35,647 nt of DNA from a bacterium (GCA_043736875.1 JAYTBU010000027.1:1-35647); one strand, 5' to 3'; numbered from the stretch's first letter, positions 24,887 through 33,691 are shown. Numbers and translations: made by a program. The notes: generated from the sequence alone by a model not told the origin.

Positions 24887-24906
24887 AAAAAATAAATATA
24901 AAAAAC

Positions 24907-24934
24907 AAAAGGCCGCGACGAAGTCGCGGCCTTT
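24907..24934. terminator. Bidirectional GC-rich terminator hairpin between convergent cysS and the M23 peptidase gene
   Basis: AAAA-GGCCGCGAC-GAA-GTCGCGGCC-TTT forms a 9-bp perfect GC stem with a GAA triloop. Confidence 0.75.
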
Positions 24935-24943
24935 CCCTTTCTA

Positions 24944-26101
24944 TTAAAAAGGATTACTAGCTCCGCGTATCTCAAAATGTAAATGTGGACCAGTAGATTT
25001 TCCAGTGTTACCAGACTCTCCTACAACCTCTCCTTTTGAGACAGATTGTCCATTAGAAACATATACACTATTCATATGTCCATATACAGACTGAGTTCCA
25101 TTAGAGTGGCTTATAATAAGCATTTTACCATAACCACCATTCCACCCACTATTTTTAGCTACTTGTACCACTCCGTCAGCAGCAGCGAGTAGTGTAGATC
25201 CTACAGGAGCACCGATATCTACTGCATTTTGCCCATGTATTCCCTGGGTTCTAATTCCGCCTATAATAGGTCTAGTATAGTAACCATCACCAGCATTAGC
25301 ATATATTTTTCTTTTTTTGATTACCGTTTTCTCTTTTATATTTTTCTTACCATCTTTCTTCTCCTCTTTTTTACCATCTGGATACAGGTTGCCATCTGGA
25401 ACTATTATCTCATCACCTACAGACAGTTCTAAATTTGTAAGATTGTTAAATTCACTAATGTCATCAATGTCAGCATTATATTTTTTTGCCAAAAACTTTA
25501 AAGTATCTCCTTTTTTAACCACATGCTTTACACCAGACACAGGAAGTATAACGAGTATTTCACCTCGTTTCGCTTTGCCATCTTTAATATCATTAGCCCA
25601 AGCAATAGTATTTTTAGAAACATTGTACATCTTTGCTATGTCACTTAGTGTGTCACCTTCTTTTACTTCATATACTTGTATAGAATCATTTTCATATACC
25701 TCCTCATCTGTACTTGTTCTAAGAGGTCCTACGGAAGCTTTTAAAGTGTTTTCTTCATTTACATTTTTTAAAAAGTTAGCAGAATCTTTAGAAGATGCTG
25801 TGCCAAAAGATGTTACTTCTACATCTTTTCTATCTTTTGCTTTTTCTACTGTAGTTTTTGCACTTGCACGCAGTACAAAAACTTCTTCTTTTTGTATCTC
25901 TTCTGACTTTACAACAGATTCACTTTTAACATTAGAGACTAGGAGGTTTTTTATTTTATCAAACGTTGTATCAAAAATACTAGCTGAAGCGTATTTTGTA
26001 TCGGCAGAAACAAGTGTTATGGTAATAATAAAAGACAAAATAACCTTTGTGTAGTAAAGGTTATTTTTAAAACTATTTATTTGTGAGTTAGTTTTTTTCA
26101 T
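24944..26101 (-). CDS. Secreted or anchored peptidoglycan hydrolase: two LysM domains plus an M23 metallopeptidase domain
   Basis: 385 aa with an N-terminal hydrophobic segment. LysM repeats are YEVKEGDTLSDIAKMYNVSKNTIAWAN and HVVKKGDTLKFLAKKYNADIDDISEFN. M23 motifs are HGQNAVDIGAPVGS and GNTGKSTGPHLHFEIR. Confidence 0.9.
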   Translation of the reverse strand: MKKTNSQINSFKNNLYYTKVILSFIITITLVSADTKYASASIFDTTFDKIKNLLVSNVKSESVVKSEEIQKEEVFVLRASAKTTVEKAKDRKDVEVTSFGTASSKDSANFLKNVNEENTLKASVGPLRTSTDEEVYENDSIQVYEVKEGDTLSDIAKMYNVSKNTIAWANDIKDGKAKRGEILVILPVSGVKHVVKKGDTLKFLAKKYNADIDDISEFNNLTNLELSVGDEIIVPDGNLYPDGKKEEKKDGKKNIKEKTVIKKRKIYANAGDGYYTRPIIGGIRTQGIHGQNAVDIGAPVGSTLLAAADGVVQVAKNSGWNGGYGKMLIISHSNGTQSVYGHMNSVYVSNGQSVSKGEVVGESGNTGKSTGPHLHFEIRGASNPF

Positions 26102-26252
26102 AATTTACCAGACTTTTACTCTGGCTTATTTCGAACGTATACAAATACTAACATTTATACAATATAAAAGCAAGGTTTTTTGCTATATTTTTATACACAT
26201 ATTTCTTATTGCTAATTGTGTATAAGGCACCTTTTATTTTTTATTTTTAGTG

Positions 26253-26258
26253 TATAAT
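26253..26258 (+). promoter_or_regulatory. -10 box (TATAAT) with leaderless spacing to the long coiled-coil gene
   Basis: TATAAT at 26253-26258, then exactly 6 nt to the ATG at 26265. Confidence 0.5.
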
Positions 26259-26264
26259 AGAATT

Positions 26265-29200
26265 ATGAATCCATCTCAAAGCCAGCCAGTCTCAGAAGTT
26301 AAGCCGTCACAAAGATTATCTTTTCATGAACAGATGAAGAGACTAAAACAAGGTATAAATGATAACTCCCTAAATCCAGAAAGAAATCTTTTACAGATAC
26401 AGGATCTAAATAGAGGTTTTGATGCTATGGATAGATTTGAAAATAACACCAAAACACCATTAAGCAAAGAGTTTGTAGATGTGAAAAATTCTTCTATTCG
26501 TGATGGGGTTATAAATCTTGAAAATATTGCAACCTTACTAAAGAAGAGAGAAACCTTACTTGGTCAACCAGCATCTTTAGCTAGAGTCAAAAAATTTGGC
26601 GGTGAGATAAAATCTAAAACAGTAGAATTACAAAATAAAATAGAAGATTTTAAATCTGCGGAACTTAAAAAAGATTTTACTATAGAAAAACTAACAGAAA
26701 GTAGAAATAATTTTACCCGCGAGTTATCTATGGCTGAGAATTATCTCCAAAGTTATCAAATAAAAATACTATCTCTCAGTAAAAAAATCTCAGAGATGCA
26801 TATCGAGATAGACAGTGTTTCAGAAGATAGTATCGAGCACAAAAAAGCAAAAGAAGAATTAGAAAATAAAGTAAAAGAGTTAGAAAAGTCTGATATCACT
26901 CTAAATGAGCAGATTAAAAACTATGAAAAAGAGATAATGGAATTAAGAGATGCAAAAGACGAAGCTGAGAATCTTATAAAAGAAAAAGAAGCTCTATTAA
27001 AAACCGCAACAGAGAATCATTCAAAAGAAGTATCAGACCATACAAAAGTATTGTCCGGAGCATTATCGCATAATGCTGCTTTGAAAGTAGAAAACATCAG
27101 CTTGGATCAAGGTAATAAAAAACTTGTATCTGAAGTAGATAAGACTAAATCAGAAAAACAACAAATGGAGGAAGATAATAGAAAAGAGTTGCGCGAAAGA
27201 GTGTTGGAAAAGAAAAAAGACATAGAGTCTGACTCAGATAATTATTTACTAGAAATACAAAAAATTTTAGATGAGATTAAAAATAAAAATAACTTATACA
27301 CCAAAGCTGATTTTGAAAAAGATAGAAACCTCTTAAATGATAAGGTTAAAAAAAGCTCTAAATCAATAGAGTCATACAGAAAAGATCTTTTGAAAAGTGA
27401 TAGTCTTGACAGTCGAAACTTTTGGTCAAAATATATAAATAAAAATGCTTCAAAAATTGGAGATGAAGACTATGTTCCATTTTATGTAGATAAAAAAGTC
27501 CATGATATGATGTTGGATTTTGTAGCTAGGGCACAACAGAGAATAAAAGAGGTGGTAAAAAAAGATAAGGACTTAAAAAAAATTAGCAAGCTACCTTTAG
27601 ATGAAGATGATAGCGCTAGAGATTATTTTAACAATGACTTTCTGAAACCGGCAGAAGAGATTTCTGAATATAATCGCAGACAAAAAGCCTTAAGAGAAAT
27701 ACAGAGTAAGCCTGTTGCCAAAGAAAATATTGCAGAAGAGGATATAGTAGTTCCAGTTCCTGAGAGCGACTTAGAGAAACTTTCCAAAGATCCAGACTGG
27801 ATTGAAGCCGTTAGAACAGGAGTTGTACCAGATACTATTTTTGATGAGATAATAAGAAAAACTGTAGCTGGAGAAACTCTATCTTTTAAAGAAATTCAAA
27901 TGGGTACTTTACAGTCCGACAGAATAAATAAAAAATTACAGGAAATAAAAGATGATGAAGAAGCTAAAAAAAATATAGACTCAGCTGCGCTGTGGGAGGA
28001 GCAACAGAAAGTAGACTTAAAAGAATCTTTGGATAAAAAAATAAAAGAAGAAAACGTGCTCTTTATTTTAACTAATAAAGCCGCAACTACAGAGAGCTAT
28101 TTAAAAATTATTAAAACTTTTAAGAGTGTTGGTACTATCGGAGACGATGAGATATTGAAATCTCTTGAGATACAGATCCAAAATAGTTTTGGCAAATATA
28201 ACATAAGTGAAAAAAGTAAAAAAGATTTTTCTACTGCATTACTTAAAAAATACAATGATGATAAATTGGAAGCAGAAATAGGAAAACAAAAACTTATTGA
28301 TTTGGGTATAGCTGCTGCTCAAGAAGTAAAAAGAATTTTTGACTTAAAAGAAAAAGAGCGGTTGGAAAAAGAAAAAAAAGACAGAGAGATTAAAGCTTGG
28401 AGAGAGGACATGGACAAGGTCTTTGGCCCAAGATTTATTGTTTCCCAAAATCAAGATCAGGTTAGGGTATGGGCTAAAAATGATCTACCTGAAGAAACTT
28501 TTGTGGCGGAACCCACTGATATTAATTTGAGTGATTTAGATAAGGTAGAAGACTTGCCAGAGCAAATAAAGACTCCAGAAAGGCAAGGTTTTCTAAAAAA
28601 ATGGAGCTCTTATCTTGCTATTGCTCTAGCTTCTAGTCTTGTTGCTGTTGGGATAGGGGACGACTCAAATGATAAAGAAGTAAAACAAGTTGCGCCTGTA
28701 ACCCAAACTGCGCCAGTACAAGAGGTTAAGGAATCAGTTTTTGCCGCACCAATTAGCGATTTTGATAAAATAGAATCAGGAGATGAAAAAGAATACAGAA
28801 TGGGCTACACACTAATACAAGGAGGCAGGTTTAACCCTTGCGGATTAAGATATGCTAATCAAGTGGGAGCTAAAAATGTAAACGGTTTTGCTATCTTTGA
28901 AAATATTAATCAAGGTTGGACGGCGTGTTTGAGGCAAATTGAAAAGTATCAAGACGGAACAACAGCAAATAAAAATCCGGACGGAAGCAAAGTGGTAACT
29001 TTAGAGCAGTTTGTAAATGTCTGGGCTCCAAAAAATGAAAATGATACAAATGGTTACTTAAACAAACTTTCAAAAATATTAGAAGTTGATAAAAATAAAA
29101 AAATAGCAGAAATAGATTACAGGAAACTGGCGATGGGTGTTATTAGAATGGAGGGTTATGCGTATACAAAACCAGAATGGGAAAAGATACAAGTAGAAGG

Positions 29201-29270
29201 GAAAAGATTTGGTAGTTATGTGATGCAAGGGTCGCCAATCAATAATCTAAATTATAATATAAAAATATAA
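26265..29270 (+). CDS. Giant coiled-coil protein (about 1000 aa) with one membrane span and a C-terminal globular domain
   Basis: 1001 aa counted from the ATG at 26265. About 780 residues are Lys/Glu-rich with heptad-like character. A single hydrophobic span (WSSYLAIALASSLVAVGIG) is encoded around 28600-28660. The C-terminal domain contains GGRFNPCGLRY...NGFAIFENINQGWTACLRQIEKYQ...VWAPKNENDTNGYL. Confidence 0.6.
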   Translation: MNPSQSQPVSEVKPSQRLSFHEQMKRLKQGINDNSLNPERNLLQIQDLNRGFDAMDRFENNTKTPLSKEFVDVKNSSIRDGVINLENIATLLKKRETLLGQPASLARVKKFGGEIKSKTVELQNKIEDFKSAELKKDFTIEKLTESRNNFTRELSMAENYLQSYQIKILSLSKKISEMHIEIDSVSEDSIEHKKAKEELENKVKELEKSDITLNEQIKNYEKEIMELRDAKDEAENLIKEKEALLKTATENHSKEVSDHTKVLSGALSHNAALKVENISLDQGNKKLVSEVDKTKSEKQQMEEDNRKELRERVLEKKKDIESDSDNYLLEIQKILDEIKNKNNLYTKADFEKDRNLLNDKVKKSSKSIESYRKDLLKSDSLDSRNFWSKYINKNASKIGDEDYVPFYVDKKVHDMMLDFVARAQQRIKEVVKKDKDLKKISKLPLDEDDSARDYFNNDFLKPAEEISEYNRRQKALREIQSKPVAKENIAEEDIVVPVPESDLEKLSKDPDWIEAVRTGVVPDTIFDEIIRKTVAGETLSFKEIQMGTLQSDRINKKLQEIKDDEEAKKNIDSAALWEEQQKVDLKESLDKKIKEENVLFILTNKAATTESYLKIIKTFKSVGTIGDDEILKSLEIQIQNSFGKYNISEKSKKDFSTALLKKYNDDKLEAEIGKQKLIDLGIAAAQEVKRIFDLKEKERLEKEKKDREIKAWREDMDKVFGPRFIVSQNQDQVRVWAKNDLPEETFVAEPTDINLSDLDKVEDLPEQIKTPERQGFLKKWSSYLAIALASSLVAVGIGDDSNDKEVKQVAPVTQTAPVQEVKESVFAAPISDFDKIESGDEKEYRMGYTLIQGGRFNPCGLRYANQVGAKNVNGFAIFENINQGWTACLRQIEKYQDGTTANKNPDGSKVVTLEQFVNVWAPKNENDTNGYLNKLSKILEVDKNKKIAEIDYRKLAMGVIRMEGYAYTKPEWEKIQVEGKRFGSYVMQGSPINNLNYNIKI

Positions 29271-29283
29271 AAAATAATAAAAT

Positions 29284-29535
29284 ATGCAATTATTTAAAAT
29301 AGACGAGAAAGTTTTATATGAAAAATACTTTGAAAATATGACACTCAAAGAGTTTTTTGAGTTGGATCATATACCAAAAAATGTAGAAGAAAATCATATG
29401 CGTAATATGGCTGTATTTTTAAAAAAAGTTACAGATGAAAATAGTAAAGTGTCAGATATTCAAAATATGACTATAGGCAATATTATGATAAATATTATTA
29501 TAAACAATAACATGTTAGACTTATCAGAAAAGTAA
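29284..29535 (+). CDS. Hypothetical small protein (83 aa) between the two coiled-coil genes
   Basis: ORF spaced 13 nt after the previous stop, on the same strand. No recognisable motif. Confidence 0.45.
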   Translation: MQLFKIDEKVLYEKYFENMTLKEFFELDHIPKNVEENHMRNMAVFLKKVTDENSKVSDIQNMTIGNIMINIIINNNMLDLSEK

Positions 29536-29565
29536 TTTTTTGTGATATAATAATATTAGAAATAT

Positions 29566-31443
29566 ATGTCATTAGAAAATCCTGAAACAAATCCAGAAAA
29601 AGAAATAAAACAACATAGGTCGCCCGAGGATTATTCTGGTTACAGAGATGATTTAGAGATGAAATTAAGCGATGCGCATAGTAAATTAATTAACTTTGTT
29701 AGTAAGTATCAATCTGATAAATCAAAAGCTGATACACTAGAAAAAAATAAGTCTGCAGAAGATAACTTTTCTACATCTTTGGAAGTTTTAAAAGTATCTT
29801 TAAAGAATTTTAAAAAACAATTACCTTCAAATACTGACATAGATATATTGGAATTAGCAGAAGATGAGAAAAGTGGAGAAAAAAATAAGGATAATAAAAA
29901 ACTTACCAATAAAAAGACTAAATTAAAATCTGATTATAAGAGCGTATCTGACAGTGTTGATAAGTTTGTAAAAGAAAAAATAGATCCATATCTTGATAAA
30001 ATGACTAATCCAGATGCTATTTTTAAAAAAATAGAAGAAAATAGTCCTCAGAAAATAAATGAGTTTTTAGAGAGTCAGATTAGTAAAGCTCTTGACCTGA
30101 AGATAGAAATTGAAAACAAGAAAAAAGAATCAAAAACTCTATCAGATTCAGAGAAGCAAAGATATAAAAACTCTCTCATAAATTTGGAAAAAGGTTTTAA
30201 TGTTAGTTTTTTAAGGTTGCAAAATGCTGACACCACATTGAATAAAAGGTTTTTAGAATTAAGAACCCAAATAGAGTTGGAGCTAGATAAAAAACCAGAT
30301 GACACGGTAGAAAAATTCCAAAAGGTAGTGGAGGGTTTAGAAAAAATTAATTCTAATTTGTCAAAAATTAATGCAGATGTGACTACTGTACAGAAAGATG
30401 GTAGCATAATCAAAAGAGGTACAGAAGAGTTTATAGAGTTTTCAGATAGGTTAGAATCAGAAGCAGTAAAAATAGATGATATTAATATACTAATTCAAAA
30501 AATAGAAGATACTTTTACTTCACCTTCTAGGCCAAGCAGAGATCAGGTTTTAAAAATGGATAGAATAATTATTTTAAGAGATAAGGCGTCATCTTTTATA
30601 AACAGAATACAAAAAAAGATAGATAAAGAAAAAAACATGTCCGCAAAGGACCAAAGAGACAATGCAAAGGCCATGAGTGATCGTATGGTTGTTACTGAAA
30701 AACAAATAAGTGAGGCTCATGATAAGCTCGTTATAGGTGAAAAGTTTCCAGCAGGAGAAAAAGAAGGGTTTCAAGTGTTATTAGATGTAGAAGATGTAAA
30801 CTTAAAGGAAGTAAAATCAGAATTAGAAAAATTAGAAGCAAAAAATGATGATGCAGATAATCCTACAAAGATATTGGTTAGAAAAATAGTAGATAGAATA
30901 GAAAAGAGGTTGATAGTTTTGCATGAAAAGCTTGATAAAGAGAGACTTCCAAAAGAAAAAGATATACTAGAAAAACTGGATGCTGCAGAAAAAGAAATAG
31001 AAAAAACAGAATCAAAAATACGAGACATAAGCCAAAAAATGGCTGAAGAAAAAAACAAAATAAAACAAGAACTTGCAAGCGGAGATAAAAATGTCTCAGC
31101 CATAGCAAGTATAGGTAAAATAGTTATGGGTCCGACTAACCCAATGACATATCACGACCAGTATGATGTAAGTAGTGAGATGGGACATGCTCTGGATGAT
31201 ATAAATACAGCAAAAGACTGGATAAATATGATGCCAGCTGATGATGAAAAACAAAGAAAGTTAAAAAATAAGTTAAGAAGCAAATCACGCCGTATGTATA
31301 GACGTCAAAATAGTGTAAAGTGGAGACACTTTATGAAGTTGCCTGCTGGACAGATGGGTAAATATGTTGGAAATAAAATGATAGCTGATCCGCTTGTGGC
31401 AGGTTATGATAAAGTGGCAGATAGAGTATTTGGGGGTAGATAA
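29566..31443 (+). CDS. Long coiled-coil protein (625 aa) with a basic C-terminal tail
   Basis: Lys/Glu/Asp-rich helical sequence throughout, with no hydrophobic span. The tail reads KLKNKLRSKSRRMYRRQNSVKWRHFMKLPAG. An extended -10 (TGaTATAAT, 29543-29551) lies 14 nt upstream. Confidence 0.55.
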   Translation: MSLENPETNPEKEIKQHRSPEDYSGYRDDLEMKLSDAHSKLINFVSKYQSDKSKADTLEKNKSAEDNFSTSLEVLKVSLKNFKKQLPSNTDIDILELAEDEKSGEKNKDNKKLTNKKTKLKSDYKSVSDSVDKFVKEKIDPYLDKMTNPDAIFKKIEENSPQKINEFLESQISKALDLKIEIENKKKESKTLSDSEKQRYKNSLINLEKGFNVSFLRLQNADTTLNKRFLELRTQIELELDKKPDDTVEKFQKVVEGLEKINSNLSKINADVTTVQKDGSIIKRGTEEFIEFSDRLESEAVKIDDINILIQKIEDTFTSPSRPSRDQVLKMDRIIILRDKASSFINRIQKKIDKEKNMSAKDQRDNAKAMSDRMVVTEKQISEAHDKLVIGEKFPAGEKEGFQVLLDVEDVNLKEVKSELEKLEAKNDDADNPTKILVRKIVDRIEKRLIVLHEKLDKERLPKEKDILEKLDAAEKEIEKTESKIRDISQKMAEEKNKIKQELASGDKNVSAIASIGKIVMGPTNPMTYHDQYDVSSEMGHALDDINTAKDWINMMPADDEKQRKLKNKLRSKSRRMYRRQNSVKWRHFMKLPAGQMGKYVGNKMIADPLVAGYDKVADRVFGGR

Positions 31444-31469
31444 ACCACCTAGAAATAAATATATTTTTA

Positions 31470-31478
31470 TGTTATAAT
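31470..31478 (+). promoter_or_regulatory. Extended -10 promoter (TGtTATAAT) for tRNA-Ile
   Basis: TG at 31470-31471 and TATAAT at 31473-31478, 36 nt upstream of the tRNA. Confidence 0.55.
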
Positions 31479-31514
31479 ATAAGCACATATATATTCTGCT
31501 GAATATATATGTAT

Positions 31515-31587
31515 GCGCGAATAGCTCAGCTGGTAGAGCACTCGACTGATACTCGAGCGGTCCCAAGTTCGAATCTTGGTTCGCGCA
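31515..31587 (+). tRNA. tRNA-Ile: tRNA-Ile (GAT), no CCA encoded
   Basis: Acceptor GCGCGAA/TTCGCGC. D arm GCTC-AGCTGGTA-GAGC. Anticodon arm CTCGA-CTGATAC-TCGAG. Variable loop CGGTC. T arm CCAAG-TTCGAAT-CTTGG. Discriminator is A. Confidence 0.9.
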
Positions 31588-31605
31588 CAGCAAAAAACTC
31601 AAATA

Positions 31606-31651
31606 ATACTCGAGCGGTCCGCTATTAAAATTTTGTCGAATCTTGGTTCGC
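31606..31651 (+). pseudogene. Decayed 3'-half copy of tRNA-Ile, 18 nt downstream of the intact gene
   Basis: ATACTCGAGCGGTCC (31606-31620) equals tRNA positions 31549-31563. TCGAATCTTGGTTCGC (31636-31651) equals 31569-31584. The intervening CAAGT is replaced by GCTATTAAAATTTTG. Confidence 0.8.
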
Positions 31652-31662
31652 TTACTAAATAA

Positions 31663-32292
31663 ATGTTAGACTTAACTACGATAATAATAGACATAATAAA
31701 AGAATATAGCTATATAGCTATATTTGTAATAATATTTTTAGAGTGCTGCGCTATATTTTTCTTGCCAGGGGACAGTTTACTTTTTACTGTAGGGATACTT
31801 GCTGCAAAAGGTTATATAAACATACACATAGCCGTACTTATTATAATAATAGCTGCTATTTTGGGTGGTGAAGTTGGTTATAGGGTGGGTAAATATTTTG
31901 AAAAATTAAGTGAAAATAAATATCTCAAAAAAATATTTCACACCAAAAAAATAGAAGAGGCCACTGAATATTTTAAAAAACATGGCGAAAAGACGATACT
32001 CTTTGCCAGATTCATACCTATAGTGCGTACTTTTGCACCAGCAGCAGCAGGTTTTTCAGAGATGAATAAGAAAAAGTTTTCAAAATATAATGCACTCGGT
32101 GCTGCGCTATGGGCTGTGACTATACCATATGGTGCATATATTGCTGGCGAGTCTTTTCCGGAACTTGAGCAAAATATAACTTTGGTTTCTGTGATCATCA
32201 TAGCCATAACTCTCACACCTTTTGCTGTAAAAATAATAAAAACCAAAATTAAAAATTATAATAAAAATAAAGTTATAAATACTAAAAAATAA
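31663..32292 (+). CDS. dedA: DedA-family membrane protein
   Basis: 209 aa with FFLPGDSLLFTVGILAAKG and FARFIPIVRTFAP motifs typical of DedA/SNARE-associated proteins. Confidence 0.85.
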   Translation: MLDLTTIIIDIIKEYSYIAIFVIIFLECCAIFFLPGDSLLFTVGILAAKGYINIHIAVLIIIIAAILGGEVGYRVGKYFEKLSENKYLKKIFHTKKIEEATEYFKKHGEKTILFARFIPIVRTFAPAAAGFSEMNKKKFSKYNALGAALWAVTIPYGAYIAGESFPELEQNITLVSVIIIAITLTPFAVKIIKTKIKNYNKNKVINTKK

Positions 32293-32320
32293 AATAATAG
32301 TTAATTTTTAAAATAAATAT

Positions 32321-33670
32321 ATGGCAAGCTTTAAAGTTATAGGGGGAAAAGAATTGAAAGGAGAAGTGTGTGTGCAAGGATCTAAAAATGAAGCGCTACA
32401 AATAGTAGCTAGCAGTATAATTGCTCTGGACATTACTATAAAAAATATACCAAAAATTTTGGATGTTCTTAAAATGATAGAGATGCTGGGCGATGCTGGA
32501 GCAAAAGTTAATTGGCTAGATAAAAATATAGTAAATATAAATACAGCAAATATAAATAGTGAATATTTTAAAAGTGAAAAATATTTTGTAGATGCGCAAA
32601 AGACGAGAGGCGCATTACTTTTTATGGGGCCATTACTTGCGCGCTATGGTTTTGCTTATGTACCCAAAACTGGCGGTGATAAAATAGGAGCGAGACCGAT
32701 AGATACGCATACTCTTGGATTTATAAATATGGGGGCAACTATGGGCGTAGATGAAAATAACTTAAATTATCTAAAATTAGAAAAAGAAAATATTATAAAT
32801 AACACAGAGATGCTTTTAGAGGATGCAAGTGTAACAGGTACTGCAAATATACTTATGTGCTGCGCTACCGGTACAGAAAATTTAAGCATATACAATGCAG
32901 CTTGCGAGACTTATATATCACAACTTTCAAAAGTTTTGCGTGCTTGTGGTGTGAATATTATTGGTGACGGGTCAAATAGAATAATAATTTCTGGTTCTAT
33001 TAATTTTGATAAAGATGAAAATACACAAAAAGAAAAAAATAAAACAAAGAAGATAGAACATGTTGTGCTACCTGATTTTATAGAAGTTGCCAGCTTTATA
33101 GCACTCGCAATCAGCACAAAAAGTGAGATAATAATTAAGAATGCTGGAGTTAAAAACCTTGGCATGACGCTAAATATGTTTAGAAAATTAGGGGCTGATT
33201 TTGAAATTATTGGCGATGATATAAGAGTTATAAAAAAAGAAAAATATATTATAGAAAAGATGTATGATGGAAGTATGATGAAAATATCTTGCGAGCCGTG
33301 GCCAAAAATAAGTCCAGACATACTGAGTCTGGGTATAGTGTCAGCAATGCAGTGTGAGGGTGTCGTCCTTTTTCATGAAAAAATGTATGAGGCGAGGATG
33401 TTTTTTGTGGATAAGTTAATAGCTATGGGAGCACAGATAGTTTTGTGTGATCCGCACCGTGTCGTGGTGACAGGTAATAATTGGCAGAGCAAATTAAATG
33501 CGAGACACCTAACTAGTCCTGATATACGCGCTGGTGTATCGCTACTAATAGCTGCTCTAGGAGCAGAAGGTGAGAGTATTATAGATAATATAGAGCAGAT
33601 AGACAGAGGATATGAAAATATAGAAATGCGCTTAGCAAAGCTCGGTGCTGACATCGTACGTATAAATTAA
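32321..33670 (+). CDS. murA: UDP-N-acetylglucosamine 1-carboxyvinyltransferase
   Basis: 449 aa with SKNEAL, the active-site loop KTGGDKIGARPID (Asp where E. coli has Cys115), and a C-terminal IDRGYENIEMRLAKLGA. Confidence 0.92.
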   Translation: MASFKVIGGKELKGEVCVQGSKNEALQIVASSIIALDITIKNIPKILDVLKMIEMLGDAGAKVNWLDKNIVNINTANINSEYFKSEKYFVDAQKTRGALLFMGPLLARYGFAYVPKTGGDKIGARPIDTHTLGFINMGATMGVDENNLNYLKLEKENIINNTEMLLEDASVTGTANILMCCATGTENLSIYNAACETYISQLSKVLRACGVNIIGDGSNRIIISGSINFDKDENTQKEKNKTKKIEHVVLPDFIEVASFIALAISTKSEIIIKNAGVKNLGMTLNMFRKLGADFEIIGDDIRVIKKEKYIIEKMYDGSMMKISCEPWPKISPDILSLGIVSAMQCEGVVLFHEKMYEARMFFVDKLIAMGAQIVLCDPHRVVVTGNNWQSKLNARHLTSPDIRAGVSLLIAALGAEGESIIDNIEQIDRGYENIEMRLAKLGADIVRIN

Positions 33671-33691
33671 AAAACTCAAAAAATATAAAAT

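Noticed and set aside
25317-26054. 245-aa plus-strand ORF antisense to the LysM/M23 peptidase gene.
   Set aside because: The minus-strand product has clear LysM and M23 motifs. The plus-strand product is Ser/Phe-rich low complexity and has no start-signal support.
31285-31602. 105-aa minus-strand ORF spanning the end of the coiled-coil gene and tRNA-Ile.
   Set aside because: It overlaps a cleanly folding tRNA-Ile gene and the 3' end of a long plus-strand CDS, so it is a shadow ORF.
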